IMG/VR virus record: IMGVR_UViG_3300032180_000001
Location: 64,001 to 128,000 of that record
Origin: a virus
Length of the DNA: 64,000 nt
Reading direction: 5' to 3' (one strand)
Shown: one piece after another, positions 43,826 through 52,631 of the stretch
Position numbering within the stretch: the first letter of the stretch is position 1
Layout of the letters: each line of letters opens with the position of its first letter
The notes under the pieces: model-generated
What the model saw: the letters and a program-made list of their open reading frames with translations, nothing else
Database searches by the model: none
What the model was told of the DNA's origin: nothing
Program-made: the position numbers and the translations under genes

Positions 43826-44941
43826 ATGAAAGAGAAAATCTGCATCGATTGTGGCAGAACTTACACACACGGCGGACGGGGGCTGTGCCCGAACGACTAC
43901 GCAAAAAGGAAGCGCTACGGAACACTTCCGCCCCTGAAAACAAGAGGCCCCGACGCTCAGTGCAAAGCTCCCGAAGGATGCACGAACATGGTAGGGCGCT
44001 CCGGCGCCAGAGGGCTGTGCCCTAAGCACTACCAGCGACTTGTCAAGTCAGCTGGAGGGCTGGAGCAACCGGTGCGAACGGCTCCACTAGCGGCGAGGTT
44101 TCGCGCGAAAATAAGTACCGAGCCATGCCCGTGCGGTTGCGATTGCGAACTGTGGACGGGAGGGATTCAGCCTAAAACCGGGTACGGTAATTTCTCGATC
44201 AAGAACAAGACTTATCTAGCACATCGCGTCGCGTGGGAGCTGGAGAAAGGCGAGATACCGGACGATTTCGATATCGATCACGTCCAGGAGCGCGGCTGCC
44301 GTCATAGGCATTGTGTTAAGATTACGCACCTGGAACCTGTTCCGACGGTGCTGAACAATCGGCGTATACCAATGACGGAGCAGCGAAGAGACGGACTTTC
44401 GGAAGCAGGAAAGAGGGGATCTGCCATCCGCTGGGCAAGAGTCCGGGCCGGTGAGGCTGAAGTCGATCAGGCAATCTGCTCCCGGGTTCTCGCTTTCGTT
44501 CTTGCCCATCCCGATGGTAGTCGTGCGCGGCAGATAGCAGAGGCGCTGGATATGTCTATCCACAACGCAAGGCAAGGTCTTACCCGTCTCGCTAAACGCA
44601 AGATGATTCTCGGTAATGGTTCCGGGCTTTACCAGCCGCTACCTGCTGAAGAATGCTGGCGTCCTGTGCGAGGCTATGCCGCGTTTTATGAAATCTCTGA
44701 CCGGGGGAACGTCTCTGCCCTGGCCCGGCCGCGAACGCACGGCGGACTGCTGATTCCCCAGCTCAACTCCGCAGGCTTCCGGGTTGTTCGGCTGTCTAAG
44801 TACGGTCAAGTGACAACATGGACTGTAGGACGACTCGTGCTCGAAACGTTCTGCTGGCCACCTCCGCATCCGAAGGCGAGAGCGAAGCATGGCCTAAACG
44901 GTAAGCTAGATGACGCACTGTCAAATCTTCACTGGAGTTAA
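43826..44941 (+). CDS. chimeric HNH endonuclease (Zn fingers, HNH, HTH, NUMOD4, truncated second HNH)
   Basis: CELWTG...GYG...LAHRVAWE...DIDH...CRHRHCV...HLEPV, followed by WRPVRGYAAFYEISDRGNV. Confidence 0.8.
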   Translation: MKEKICIDCGRTYTHGGRGLCPNDYAKRKRYGTLPPLKTRGPDAQCKAPEGCTNMVGRSGARGLCPKHYQRLVKSAGGLEQPVRTAPLAARFRAKISTEPCPCGCDCELWTGGIQPKTGYGNFSIKNKTYLAHRVAWELEKGEIPDDFDIDHVQERGCRHRHCVKITHLEPVPTVLNNRRIPMTEQRRDGLSEAGKRGSAIRWARVRAGEAEVDQAICSRVLAFVLAHPDGSRARQIAEALDMSIHNARQGLTRLAKRKMILGNGSGLYQPLPAEECWRPVRGYAAFYEISDRGNVSALARPRTHGGLLIPQLNSAGFRVVRLSKYGQVTTWTVGRLVLETFCWPPPHPKARAKHGLNGKLDDALSNLHWS

Positions 44942-44949
44942 ATAAAACC

Positions 44950-45186
44950 ATGACTGACTACAGGGATGCTCACCGCGACGCGATGGCCGCCGTGCAATGC
45001 GAGGTCAACGACGACACCGAGGGCGTAATGGCGGTGCTGAACAACGCGAGCAACCTGGCTGCCACGGCACAGATCCTCGCCATCTGGCAGGCAGGCTTCC
45101 TCCGGTACATAGCCTCAGAAAGCGGTGCCCCCGTGCAGGAAGTGCTCGCCGCCTGGCGAAGGAACGAGGAGACGAGGAGCACCTGA
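44950..45186 (+). CDS. hypothetical protein
   Basis: Helical 78-aa ORF after the HNH gene. Confidence 0.55.
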   Translation: MTDYRDAHRDAMAAVQCEVNDDTEGVMAVLNNASNLAATAQILAIWQAGFLRYIASESGAPVQEVLAAWRRNEETRST

Positions 45187-45517
45187 TCCTGGCCGGAAAG
45201 CGATGGCGCAACGAACCGGTGCCTGGTAAATTTCTTGCGTCGAGCCCCCGCACCTCCGGTTCCCGAAGCCTCGCTAGGCAGTGGAACGGGAGGAATCATG
45301 GTTCAGGCGGTACCAGAAGGTCGTGAAAGCGGGTACGGATCGCACGTCAGAGAAGCCGCGGAGACAAGGGCAGGGCGGCCCTGCCGGCTAGGGATGAGGC
45401 CGGCACCTTCCTGATCGGGATCCCTGGTTGCGTGCCCTCCTACTCTGTTATACTCTAAGCGTAGATAGAAACGAAGGAAGCAGAGTCACGGCCGACCGCT
45501 ACACGGGGAGTAACCAG

Positions 45518-46162
45518 ATGAGCGCAAATGTCGACGGAGGTGGTAAAAAATTTACCTGCTCGCGCTGCCATCGAGACGATCTAACGGAAGACGACTTCCC
45601 GATCGACTTGCGTCGAACATCAGGTCGATACCCCTGGTGCAAGCCTTGCAAGGCTGCATACATGCGAGAGAAATATCCTGAACGATACTCTGATGAGCAT
45701 CCAGGCCCACCTCTGTCTCCTGTCTGCACAGGATGCGGTGGACCACGGGGGGCTAAGCGTGCCCGTTGCAATGAATGTGAAGCAAAATACCAACGAGAAT
45801 ACCGCCATGGTGTAGTAATTAAGGAGTCGCCACTGACACTTGAACAACGAACTGAAAGACGTAAACAGAGTCAACGAGAGTCAAAAAGGCGCACAGAACT
45901 TCGACGCTACGGAACAACCCCAGAAGAATGGGATCGAGTACTTGTAGCTCAAGGAAATTGTTGCGCTATCTGTCGTACGAATACGCCTACAGGCGCTGGA
46001 GCTAAATACGGGCACTGGCATACAGATCACGACCACGCAACAGGAAAACTGCGCGGACTACTATGTTCATCATGCAATCTTCTCCTTGGACATGCTGAAG
46101 ATAATCCCGCACGACTGCGAGCAGCAGCAAATTACCTAGAAAAATACCTAGAAAAGGATTAA
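45518..46162 (+). CDS. endonuclease VII-domain protein
   Basis: LRRYGTT.EEW...AQGNCCAIC...TDHDHATGKLRGLLCSSCNLLLG...LRAAANYL; N-terminal Zn fingers; TGTTATACT upstream. Confidence 0.85.
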   Translation: MSANVDGGGKKFTCSRCHRDDLTEDDFPIDLRRTSGRYPWCKPCKAAYMREKYPERYSDEHPGPPLSPVCTGCGGPRGAKRARCNECEAKYQREYRHGVVIKESPLTLEQRTERRKQSQRESKRRTELRRYGTTPEEWDRVLVAQGNCCAICRTNTPTGAGAKYGHWHTDHDHATGKLRGLLCSSCNLLLGHAEDNPARLRAAANYLEKYLEKD

Positions 46163-46165
46163 ATT

Positions 46166-47236
46166 ATGCCTGCTGGTGAAATTCAAGAAATGTTCAGTGT
46201 CCGAGAGACGCCGTGGCACCGTCAGGGTCATGTTCTCGACGACTACCCGCAGACCTTCGAGGAGGCCCGCAAGCTTGCCGGGCTCGACTGGGATCCGATT
46301 GCTGTCCCCGTCTACCAGGGGCTGGACAAGGACAGGCTTCGTGAACGGATCGTTGAGGCCCTTAGAGAGGAGAGGCCGCTTGAGCAAGTCGATGCCCTTC
46401 TCGCAGCCTGCGATCAGTCACTCATCACCGACAAGGAGTTCCGACGCATCGCCCGCAGCGACGACGTGCCCAAGTCGCTCTCCTATCAGCGCGACAGTTA
46501 CAACATCATCCCGAACAGCGTCTTCGGCGAGATCATCGACTCGATCACCGGCGCCGCGCCAGGCAAGATCCGGCTGGAAACAGGTGGCTGCCTGTCCGGG
46601 GGCCGCCAGGTCTGGATACTCGCCCGCCTCGACGAGCCCATCGAGTTCAAGGGCGACAAGTCGCTGACCTTCCCGCACCTGGGTATCACCAGTCGTAACG
46701 ACGGCAAGGCATCCTGCGCCGCCCGACTCACTACCGTCAGAATCGTCTGCTGGAACACCTTCAGCGCTGCGGAAGCCGAGGGTGAGCGCACCGGCGCGGT
46801 GTACAGCTTCAGCCATCGCGGTAACTGGCGTGACCGGATCGGCGAGGCTCGCGAGGCACTGATGTTCGCCCGGCGTGAAGCTGCCGAATACGTCGAGACG
46901 ATGACCGAACTGCTCGGCATCAAGGTCACCTCGGTCCAGGAGCAGCTGTTCCTGCAGGCGTTCATCCCGTCACCGCCCGAAGGCGTCATCTCCGACCGGG
47001 TAGCAAAGAACATCGACGAGGCACGGGCAGCCGTTGCGGGCTTCCTGAACAGCCCGACGGTGGAAGGTGCCGGCGTCCGCGGTACTGCCTACGGTCTGGT
47101 GCAGGCGGCAGGTGAGTACCTCGATCACGCACGCCGGGCGAACAGTTGGGAAACGAAGATGGGGAGGTCGATTTTGCGGCAAGAACCCTTGAAAGCAAAG
47201 GCTGCTCAGCTGGCCCGGCAGGCGGCGCTGGCGTGA
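46166..47236 (+). CDS. DUF932 / TIGR03299-type phage-plasmid protein
   Basis: RETPWHRQG...AGLDW...ETGGCLSGGRQVWILA...TTVRIVCWNT...H.GN...GTAYGLVQAAGEYLDH. Confidence 0.85.
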   Translation: MPAGEIQEMFSVRETPWHRQGHVLDDYPQTFEEARKLAGLDWDPIAVPVYQGLDKDRLRERIVEALREERPLEQVDALLAACDQSLITDKEFRRIARSDDVPKSLSYQRDSYNIIPNSVFGEIIDSITGAAPGKIRLETGGCLSGGRQVWILARLDEPIEFKGDKSLTFPHLGITSRNDGKASCAARLTTVRIVCWNTFSAAEAEGERTGAVYSFSHRGNWRDRIGEAREALMFARREAAEYVETMTELLGIKVTSVQEQLFLQAFIPSPPEGVISDRVAKNIDEARAAVAGFLNSPTVEGAGVRGTAYGLVQAAGEYLDHARRANSWETKMGRSILRQEPLKAKAAQLARQAALA

Positions 47237-47430
47237 CGAACACACCCGGTCCGATCCTGCTCGAAACCTCTTCCGCTGACGTTAGCCTCAGTCCGGTCAC
47301 CCCAGAATCGTGCGATCGCTGCGGCCCAGCCGTCCGGGCGCTCTGGCAGGTCTCGGCCGGAACAGGAGTGCTGACCTTCTGCGGGTCGTGCTACCGGAGG
47401 TTCCGGAAGATAGCAGCGAGCCGGGAATGA
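47233..47430 (+). CDS. small Zn-ribbon protein
   Basis: CDRCG...LTFCGSC; GTGA overlap. Confidence 0.6.
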   Translation: MTNTPGPILLETSSADVSLSPVTPESCDRCGPAVRALWQVSAGTGVLTFCGSCYRRFRKIAASRE

Positions 47431-47521
47431 TCTGTTTCGTCCCTCGGTTACACCACCTCGTACCTCAGCACACCCCAGGCGAGACTCATCAGGAGTCGCC
47501 GAGAGAGCCGAGGAGAACAAG

Positions 47522-47995
47522 GTGCTATCAGCACTCGCAGCAATTTTCATCACAGTCCAGCCCGGAGACACGCTGTCCGGCATCGCCGTCAGTCACGGTG
47601 TGTCACTTGCCGCGGTGGAGGCGGCCAACCCCCAGATCGAGAACTTCAACCTGATCTACGCGGGCAACCGGGTCGCCATTCCGAAAGGGGGCAGCTACCA
47701 GGCGCAGCCTCAGCCGACCTACCGCCAGCCATCGCAGGCCCCGTCAAACAGTTACGGCGTTGCGGGCACAGGCGGCGGTTCCCTGTCGGATGTCCCGGGC
47801 GTCCCGTCGTCGTTCGCAGCATGCGTGGCCCTGCGAGAGTCGGGTGACGGGTCGGGCAGCTCGAACATCTACGGGATCATCCCTGGGAGCGGATACAGCG
47901 TCGCAGGTGACTCGCTAGCGCAGCAGAAGGCGGTGTTCGCCCAGATCTATCAGAGGTATGGAGTGACAGCCTGGCAGCCCTGGGACGGATGTTAG
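47522..47995 (+). CDS. LysM plus Rpf/transglycosylase-like protein
   Basis: VQPGDTLSGIA...ANPQIENFNLIYAG LysM; C-terminal CVALRESG...IYG...QQKAVF..IY...G..AW; AGGAG SD. Confidence 0.75.
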   Translation: MLSALAAIFITVQPGDTLSGIAVSHGVSLAAVEAANPQIENFNLIYAGNRVAIPKGGSYQAQPQPTYRQPSQAPSNSYGVAGTGGGSLSDVPGVPSSFAACVALRESGDGSGSSNIYGIIPGSGYSVAGDSLAQQKAVFAQIYQRYGVTAWQPWDGC

Positions 47996-48060
47996 AGTGG
48001 CCGAAAAGGCACTCCATCCGTTAACCTGTACCTGATGGGTCGTGGCTGACCCTGGGCAGA

Positions 48061-48099
48061 AGAACCACCGCTCCCCGTGTCAGGAGCGGTGGTTCTTTC
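48061..48099 (+). terminator. intrinsic terminator hairpin
   Basis: AGAACCACCGCTCC-8 nt loop-GGAGCGGTGGTTCT perfect 14-bp stem followed by TT. Confidence 0.8.
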
Positions 48100-48183
48100 A
48101 CGCTCGGCCCTCCGGATGGGGTATTATATGTGTAGCGGGTTTAGAGTGAACAACTAGTAAAGAGAAGGGGACGGGAAAGTAGC

Positions 48184-48432
48184 GTGCTGATAAAGCAGAA
48201 ATCTCATCCGATGCCCGATGAGGTCCTGCTGGTCGCCCGGATGGAAGCGGAAGACCGTCGCAAGACCCGGGAAGAGTACTATCACTGGCAGGAGCGGGAT
48301 CTCAGGATCCGGCTGGCGATCTACACCGACATCGTGACCGGAAAGCGCTTTCCTGCCGAAGGTCGCACCTACTACAAGGTCCGCATCGCGATGATCCGCA
48401 ACGAGCTGAAGGCGCGGAAGGCGGGGCCATGA
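48184..48432 (+). CDS. hypothetical protein
   Basis: 82-aa ORF convergent with the minus-strand cassette. Confidence 0.55.
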   Translation: MLIKQKSHPMPDEVLLVARMEAEDRRKTREEYYHWQERDLRIRLAIYTDIVTGKRFPAEGRTYYKVRIAMIRNELKARKAGP

Positions 48433-48819
48433 CTAGTGCGGATACAGAGCCTTGCAGTCCCGCGGAGCGTCCTTGGCGTTCACGATCGCGCGCAGCTCGG
48501 TTACCTCCGCTATTATCTTCGGCGTCAGCTTTGCTCCCTTCGGCGTCGCATCAGAGAAAAATGCGCCCCAGAGAAGTTTATCTTGCGCTCGTGCACTATT
48601 ATTTTCCACGCACTGACTGTACTGAACGACCGCTTCACCGCTGTTCCCGTGAATCTGCCCGATCGTCAGGAAAACAACGATGATCGACAGTGCTACATCC
48701 AGGCAGATGGAAACAGCCAGCATCAGCGCGGTCTTCTTGCTGGCTTTGCCTCGCTGCAACTGCCCGATCAGCCTCATCGCCGTGCTGATCAGGGCCTCAT
48801 CATCCTCTTCCGGCTTCAT
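48433..48819 (-). CDS. single-TM membrane protein, paralog B
   Basis: DDEALISTAMRLIGQLQRGKASKKTALMLAVSICLDVALSII. Confidence 0.7.
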   Translation of the reverse strand: MKPEEDDEALISTAMRLIGQLQRGKASKKTALMLAVSICLDVALSIIVVFLTIGQIHGNSGEAVVQYSQCVENNSARAQDKLLWGAFFSDATPKGAKLTPKIIAEVTELRAIVNAKDAPRDCKALYPH

Positions 48820-49214
48820 CTCGTCCCCTGTCCGTATACTTGCTGGCAGTCCACAGGAATATAAAGAGCTTCAACTACTTTCAGGAAAGATTTACCGAGC
48901 GCGTTACTATGAAAATCCTCAGTATTCAGTATCCACAGACTAACAAACTCCTGCTGAGTAGCATTGCTCTCATTGCAAATGGTCAGCTCCTGTGAGCGAA
49001 GTCGGTTTTCCTGATCAACAAGTCCGGAATTACTGTGCGACAACCCGACCCCGAGAAGTATCACCACAATGGAAAGCGTGACATCCAGAAAAATAGAAAT
49101 AGCGAGCAACAGCACAGTTTTCTTGCTGGCCTTCGTCCGCTGAAGTTTCTTTATCAACTCCATCGCAGTGCCGATCAGAACATCATCGGCGGGTTCCTCA
49201 GTTCTGTCCGGCAT
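48816..49214 (-). CDS. single-TM membrane protein, paralog A
   Basis: DDVLIGTAMELIKKLQRTKASKKTVLLLAISIFLDVTLSIV; start adjusted to MPDRTEEP. Confidence 0.7.
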   Translation of the reverse strand: MPDRTEEPADDVLIGTAMELIKKLQRTKASKKTVLLLAISIFLDVTLSIVVILLGVGLSHSNSGLVDQENRLRSQELTICNESNATQQEFVSLWILNTEDFHSNALGKSFLKVVEALYIPVDCQQVYGQGTR

Positions 49215-49446
49215 CCGATCGCTCCTGCTCGATAACGCGCAGCATAATAGCCGCTGCCATCTTATCCCGATTCGGTTTCTTCGCATCCTCGCGAATCGAG
49301 ACCAGCAAGCTAATAAGCCGCAGCATATCTCCGTTCGTCAGTCGTCCTTCCTGATACCCTTCGAGCAGGCGATCAAGATCAGCCTTATCCGAATTAAGCT
49401 CGTCCACGATCACCGCCATTATTTCCGCCCCAGCCGCAGGTACCAC
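49198..49446 (-). CDS. small helical protein (LDxLL...AAAIMLR family)
   Basis: Paralogous to 50556-50771 and to the C-terminus of 51721-52446. Confidence 0.7.
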   Translation of the reverse strand: MVPAAGAEIMAVIVDELNSDKADLDRLLEGYQEGRLTNGDMLRLISLLVSIREDAKKPNRDKMAAAIMLRVIEQERSDAGQN

Positions 49447-50264
49447 ATCCGTGCGGACATCTCCCTCTCCGGAGCGAGAAAGGCTAGCGCCCAGGTGCCG
49501 AACCAGATAAACCAGCCCGCATCCCCAACGGACGGCTGACTCCAGCTCCAGTGCAGGATGGCATACGCGAACAGCGAATCAGAGGCCAGTAGCCCCAGTG
49601 CGCCGATGCTAATCAGCCAGAAGGAATTCGACACCCTCGTTCCGTGACGAAAATGCCGCATGGCCAGAACGATGGTGACCAGCGCGCAGATCTGCAGCAG
49701 CAGTAGAATGTCCGCCGTCGGATAGGCGATGGATACTACCTTGGCGATGGTCGAGGCGCCACTGGCATGCGCGTTAGGACTGATGAGGAGAGGCCAGGAG
49801 AACAGCCCGAAAGTAAGACCTGTTACCGCCACTGCCACCGCTGCGGCACGCCGGTTCACGTGGATGTTGCCGCCGCTGGCCAGCATCACCAGTCCGGCCA
49901 CGAAAAATACGTAGCTGCTCAGTTCCAGCGCGTCGGACAGCCCTGGATAAGGCACGCTGTCCGTGATCTTCGTGTAAGCGAGAGCCGTTCCAGCGCCCAG
50001 CAAGTTCAACGCCATCCCGACGAGCAGTAGCAGCCAGGCGAACTTCCGCCGACTGGGATTAAGCACGACGCCGAGGATCATCCCCGCTACGGCCAGTCCC
50101 AGAACCGGCATGAACCCCACCGTGATCCAGCCAGGCACTTTCGGCTGAATGTAGTAGGCGACGATGACCGCGATGTAGCCGAGAAGGAACAGCGCCTGCG
50201 CCTGGCTCAGGAAACCGGGCCAGGGCGCAGCTGGCTTTCCGGTGTCCGATGCTGAAATAGCCAT
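49419..50264 (-). CDS. stand-alone multi-TM sensor domain of the type N-terminal to actinobacterial GGDEF proteins
   Basis: About 8 TMs; AWLLLLVG...YPGLSDALELSSY...AYPTADILLL...LLASDSLFAY...DAGW pattern; no cytoplasmic output domain. Confidence 0.7.
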   Translation of the reverse strand: MAISASDTGKPAAPWPGFLSQAQALFLLGYIAVIVAYYIQPKVPGWITVGFMPVLGLAVAGMILGVVLNPSRRKFAWLLLLVGMALNLLGAGTALAYTKITDSVPYPGLSDALELSSYVFFVAGLVMLASGGNIHVNRRAAAVAVAVTGLTFGLFSWPLLISPNAHASGASTIAKVVSIAYPTADILLLLQICALVTIVLAMRHFRHGTRVSNSFWLISIGALGLLASDSLFAYAILHWSWSQPSVGDAGWFIWFGTWALAFLAPEREMSARMWYLRLGRK

Positions 50265-50530
50265 TACGATTCTCCATTCGCTTCCGGAACTACTCTTCTG
50301 GTGATCTGAACAACACGGCAGGGTGCCCCGCGGCAGGCTCTGGCGAGCTGTTTCGCCTCATCAAGCGTCAGCGGCCCCGTCAGTGAGAACCCGAGAAACG
50401 ATCTCACCTCGAACCCGGCTCCTCGCCACGCACCGAGAAGAAACCACTCGACATCATATTCTTCAGCCCAGCCAGCATCCGGCTCGATCTCGCGATCATC
50501 TGAACTGTCGTCTTCTCTCCATGCCTCCAT
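50264..50530 (-). CDS. hypothetical protein
   Basis: TAATG overlap with the downstream gene; acidic N-terminus. Confidence 0.5.
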   Translation of the reverse strand: MEAWREDDSSDDREIEPDAGWAEEYDVEWFLLGAWRGAGFEVRSFLGFSLTGPLTLDEAKQLARACRGAPCRVVQITRRVVPEANGES

Positions 50531-50555
50531 TGCGCACCTCCCCGCAGTTCTCTGC

Positions 50556-50771
50556 CTAGCTCAGCCATTTTTCCGTCTTCGCCTGCTCGATGAAACGTAG
50601 CATGATCGCCGCCGCAACCCTGTCCCCAGCGATAAAATCTTCTGCCACGCCGTTCATGATCCGCAGGAGCAGTCCTTTCAGCTCTTCCGTCTCCACAGGT
50701 ATCAGCTCGTCCCGGCCGAATTTCTCTAGCAAAGTATCCAGGCGCAGACGACTCGACGGGATAGCTGTCAC
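50556..50771 (-). CDS. small helical protein (LDxLL...AAAIMLR family)
   Basis: LDTLLEKF...DRVAAAIMLRFIEQ. Confidence 0.7.
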   Translation of the reverse strand: MTAIPSSRLRLDTLLEKFGRDELIPVETEELKGLLLRIMNGVAEDFIAGDRVAAAIMLRFIEQAKTEKWLS

Positions 50772-51268
50772 GACGAACCTGACTCGTCCTGGAAAAACTC
50801 TCTGCGCCTGACGGCAGCAATAACATACAACCCTCGCTCTGTCGGAATAGGGGCCAGTGTTATATCGACAGGAAGTTCCTGACCGCTCTTCGTCAGTAGC
50901 GAAAGAGCGAGGCCCGTGCCCATCGGGCGAATTACCGGGTTAGTCAGGTAAGCTTTCCGATGCGCCGCGTGCCCAGACCTCAGAACACTAGGTACCAGCA
51001 TATCTATCGACTCTCCGCGCAGTTGTGATCGGTAATAACCAGTCAGCAGCTCCATCTGACGGTTAACCAGGAAAATTTTTCCGGTCTCTCCCTCGACAAT
51101 GGTAATAGCATCCGGAAAATCATCGAATATCTTGATAGTCAGATCAGCGACGAAAACTATGTCAGTGCGAGGAATCTCCGGACGCAGCAGGAGATGCAGT
51201 ACAGGCACAACATACGTTTCAACCGAATTATCCGCCAATTCACTGCCTCCCTGTTCACTATTTGTCAT
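50768..51268 (-). CDS. stand-alone PAS domain protein
   Basis: FDDFPDAITIV...IFLVNRQMELLTGY.RSQLRGESIDMLVP...H...Y...RPMG...TKSGQELPVDITLAP. Confidence 0.85.
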   Translation of the reverse strand: MTNSEQGGSELADNSVETYVVPVLHLLLRPEIPRTDIVFVADLTIKIFDDFPDAITIVEGETGKIFLVNRQMELLTGYYRSQLRGESIDMLVPSVLRSGHAAHRKAYLTNPVIRPMGTGLALSLLTKSGQELPVDITLAPIPTERGLYVIAAVRRREFFQDESGSS

Positions 51269-51720
51269 GGCGAACCTGGCTTACCTGACGGACCATTTCG
51301 AGGCTCCCTGCGCCGAAGCGTAGCGATGACGAACAGGCCGTGCATTGTTGAAACGGGAGCGAGCATGATGTCCACCGGAACCTCCCGCCCGCTCTTCGTC
51401 TGAATCGAAAGATTGAGGTTGGCGCCCATCTGCCGGACCTTAGGATCAACCATGTACCCGGTTCGGTGCTCGAGATGCCGCGGACGGCGCTCTTGCGGCA
51501 CGAGCATGTCCACCGTCTGGTTGCGCAACTCGCTACGGTGATAGCCGGTCAGGAACTCAGCCTGGTCATTGACGAGCCGGATCCGGCCGGTTTCCCCGTG
51601 CACGATGATGATCGCATCCGGTGACTGCTGGAAAATCTGAACAGCCAGGTCGGCGGTGAAGCGGATATCTTCGGCGATCTGACCGATTCCGCGCTCGTCC
51701 TGGTAACTCTCTGTGCTCAC
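51265..51720 (-). CDS. stand-alone PAS domain protein
   Basis: FQQSPDAIIIV...IRLVNDQAEFLTGYHRSELRNQTVDMLVP...H...Y...RQMG...TKSGREVPVDIMLAP. Confidence 0.85.
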   Translation of the reverse strand: MSTESYQDERGIGQIAEDIRFTADLAVQIFQQSPDAIIIVHGETGRIRLVNDQAEFLTGYHRSELRNQTVDMLVPQERRPRHLEHRTGYMVDPKVRQMGANLNLSIQTKSGREVPVDIMLAPVSTMHGLFVIATLRRREPRNGPSGKPGSP

Positions 51721-52446
51721 TTAAGTCTCGCCTTCTAGTACCCGGAGAATAATAACTGCTGCGATCCGGTTCCCCGTCGGTGCCTCCCGACTGTCCAGAA
51801 TCTCCCGGAGCATATCGGCTAGCGCCGCTTTCTCATTCGACGTAATGATCTGCGCCTGGTACCTTTCTAGCAAATTGTCCAGCTCCGGCGTATGCGGGCT
51901 GTGCAGAATGCGCGCGGCGTCATAGGCGACGTTCTTCCAGAACACGTCGATCTTGGTTTCCAGCACGCCAGTCCGGTCAGCAACCGTGCTCAGCCGGTCA
52001 GTAACTGACTGAAGCGAGGGCACGACCCGCCGGTTGATCTCGTCGACCTTGCCTTCCAGCGCTCCGGTTCGGTCAGAAACGAGATTGAGCTTGTCTGTTG
52101 CCGCAAGGAGTGCCGGAGCGACCCGGCTATTAATGTCGGCGATGTCCCGCTCGTTCTTCTCGATTTTGCTGATAAAGCCCTCTACCGAACTAGCCACTAC
52201 ATCCTTTGCGATGCCCTGTATCTGGGCAACACGATCCTTAGAGCTATCCCTTCTCCGAGAGTACAGAAAAGAGATAACAGCGACAAGAACAGCAGCTATC
52301 GCAGAAAGTATCGTGAGGATCTCGTAAAAAGCTACACCGCCGGACGAAGAAGATGCTGCCGCATCAGCCACCGTCAGTATCAGACCGCCTGCCACGCCCA
52401 GATTCCCTTCGCTCGCAAGGGACCGGCTCCAGCAGGCCGCGGTCAT
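51721..52446 (-). CDS. TM / coiled-coil protein with a 31-aa duplication and a C-terminal LDxLL...AAxIxLR domain
   Basis: TM segment ILTILSAIAAVLVAVISFLY; repeats INSRVAP...LEGK and INRRVVP...LETK. Confidence 0.7.
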   Translation of the reverse strand: MTAACWSRSLASEGNLGVAGGLILTVADAAASSSSGGVAFYEILTILSAIAAVLVAVISFLYSRRRDSSKDRVAQIQGIAKDVVASSVEGFISKIEKNERDIADINSRVAPALLAATDKLNLVSDRTGALEGKVDEINRRVVPSLQSVTDRLSTVADRTGVLETKIDVFWKNVAYDAARILHSPHTPELDNLLERYQAQIITSNEKAALADMLREILDSREAPTGNRIAAVIILRVLEGET

Positions 52447-52483
52447 ATACGCTTAGCGTAGCGTACCTGTCTAGTACAGTCTA
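52447..52483 (-). promoter_or_regulatory. sigma70-type promoter for the PAS cassette
   Basis: TAGACT (52483-52478), 17-nt spacer, TACGCT (52460-52455), then 8 nt to ATG 52446. Confidence 0.5.
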
Positions 52484-52621
52484 AGCCTCGCTCGCGGGGG
52501 ATGATCCTTCCGGCGGAACGGTGAAATCGCGGTCACGTACCCAGCCCTGCCGTTCGAGGAGGACGGCCATCTCCTCGCTTACCACCGGCTTCGCGTGCAC
52601 CGGCCCGTCCCGGAAGTCCAT
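52481..52621 (-). CDS. small hypothetical protein (46 aa)
   Basis: MDFRDGPVHAKPVVSEEMAVLLERQGWVRD...; fills the gap after the glycosyltransferase gene. Confidence 0.4.
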   Translation of the reverse strand: MDFRDGPVHAKPVVSEEMAVLLERQGWVRDRDFTVPPEGSSPASEA

Positions 52622-52631
52622 GCCTGGCAGT

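Noticed and set aside
47431-47521. c-di-AMP (ydaO) riboswitch before the Rpf-like gene
   Set aside because: Expected context, but the conserved GCTGAATCC and CCCGTCAGCTAAC-type segments are absent and the leader is too short.
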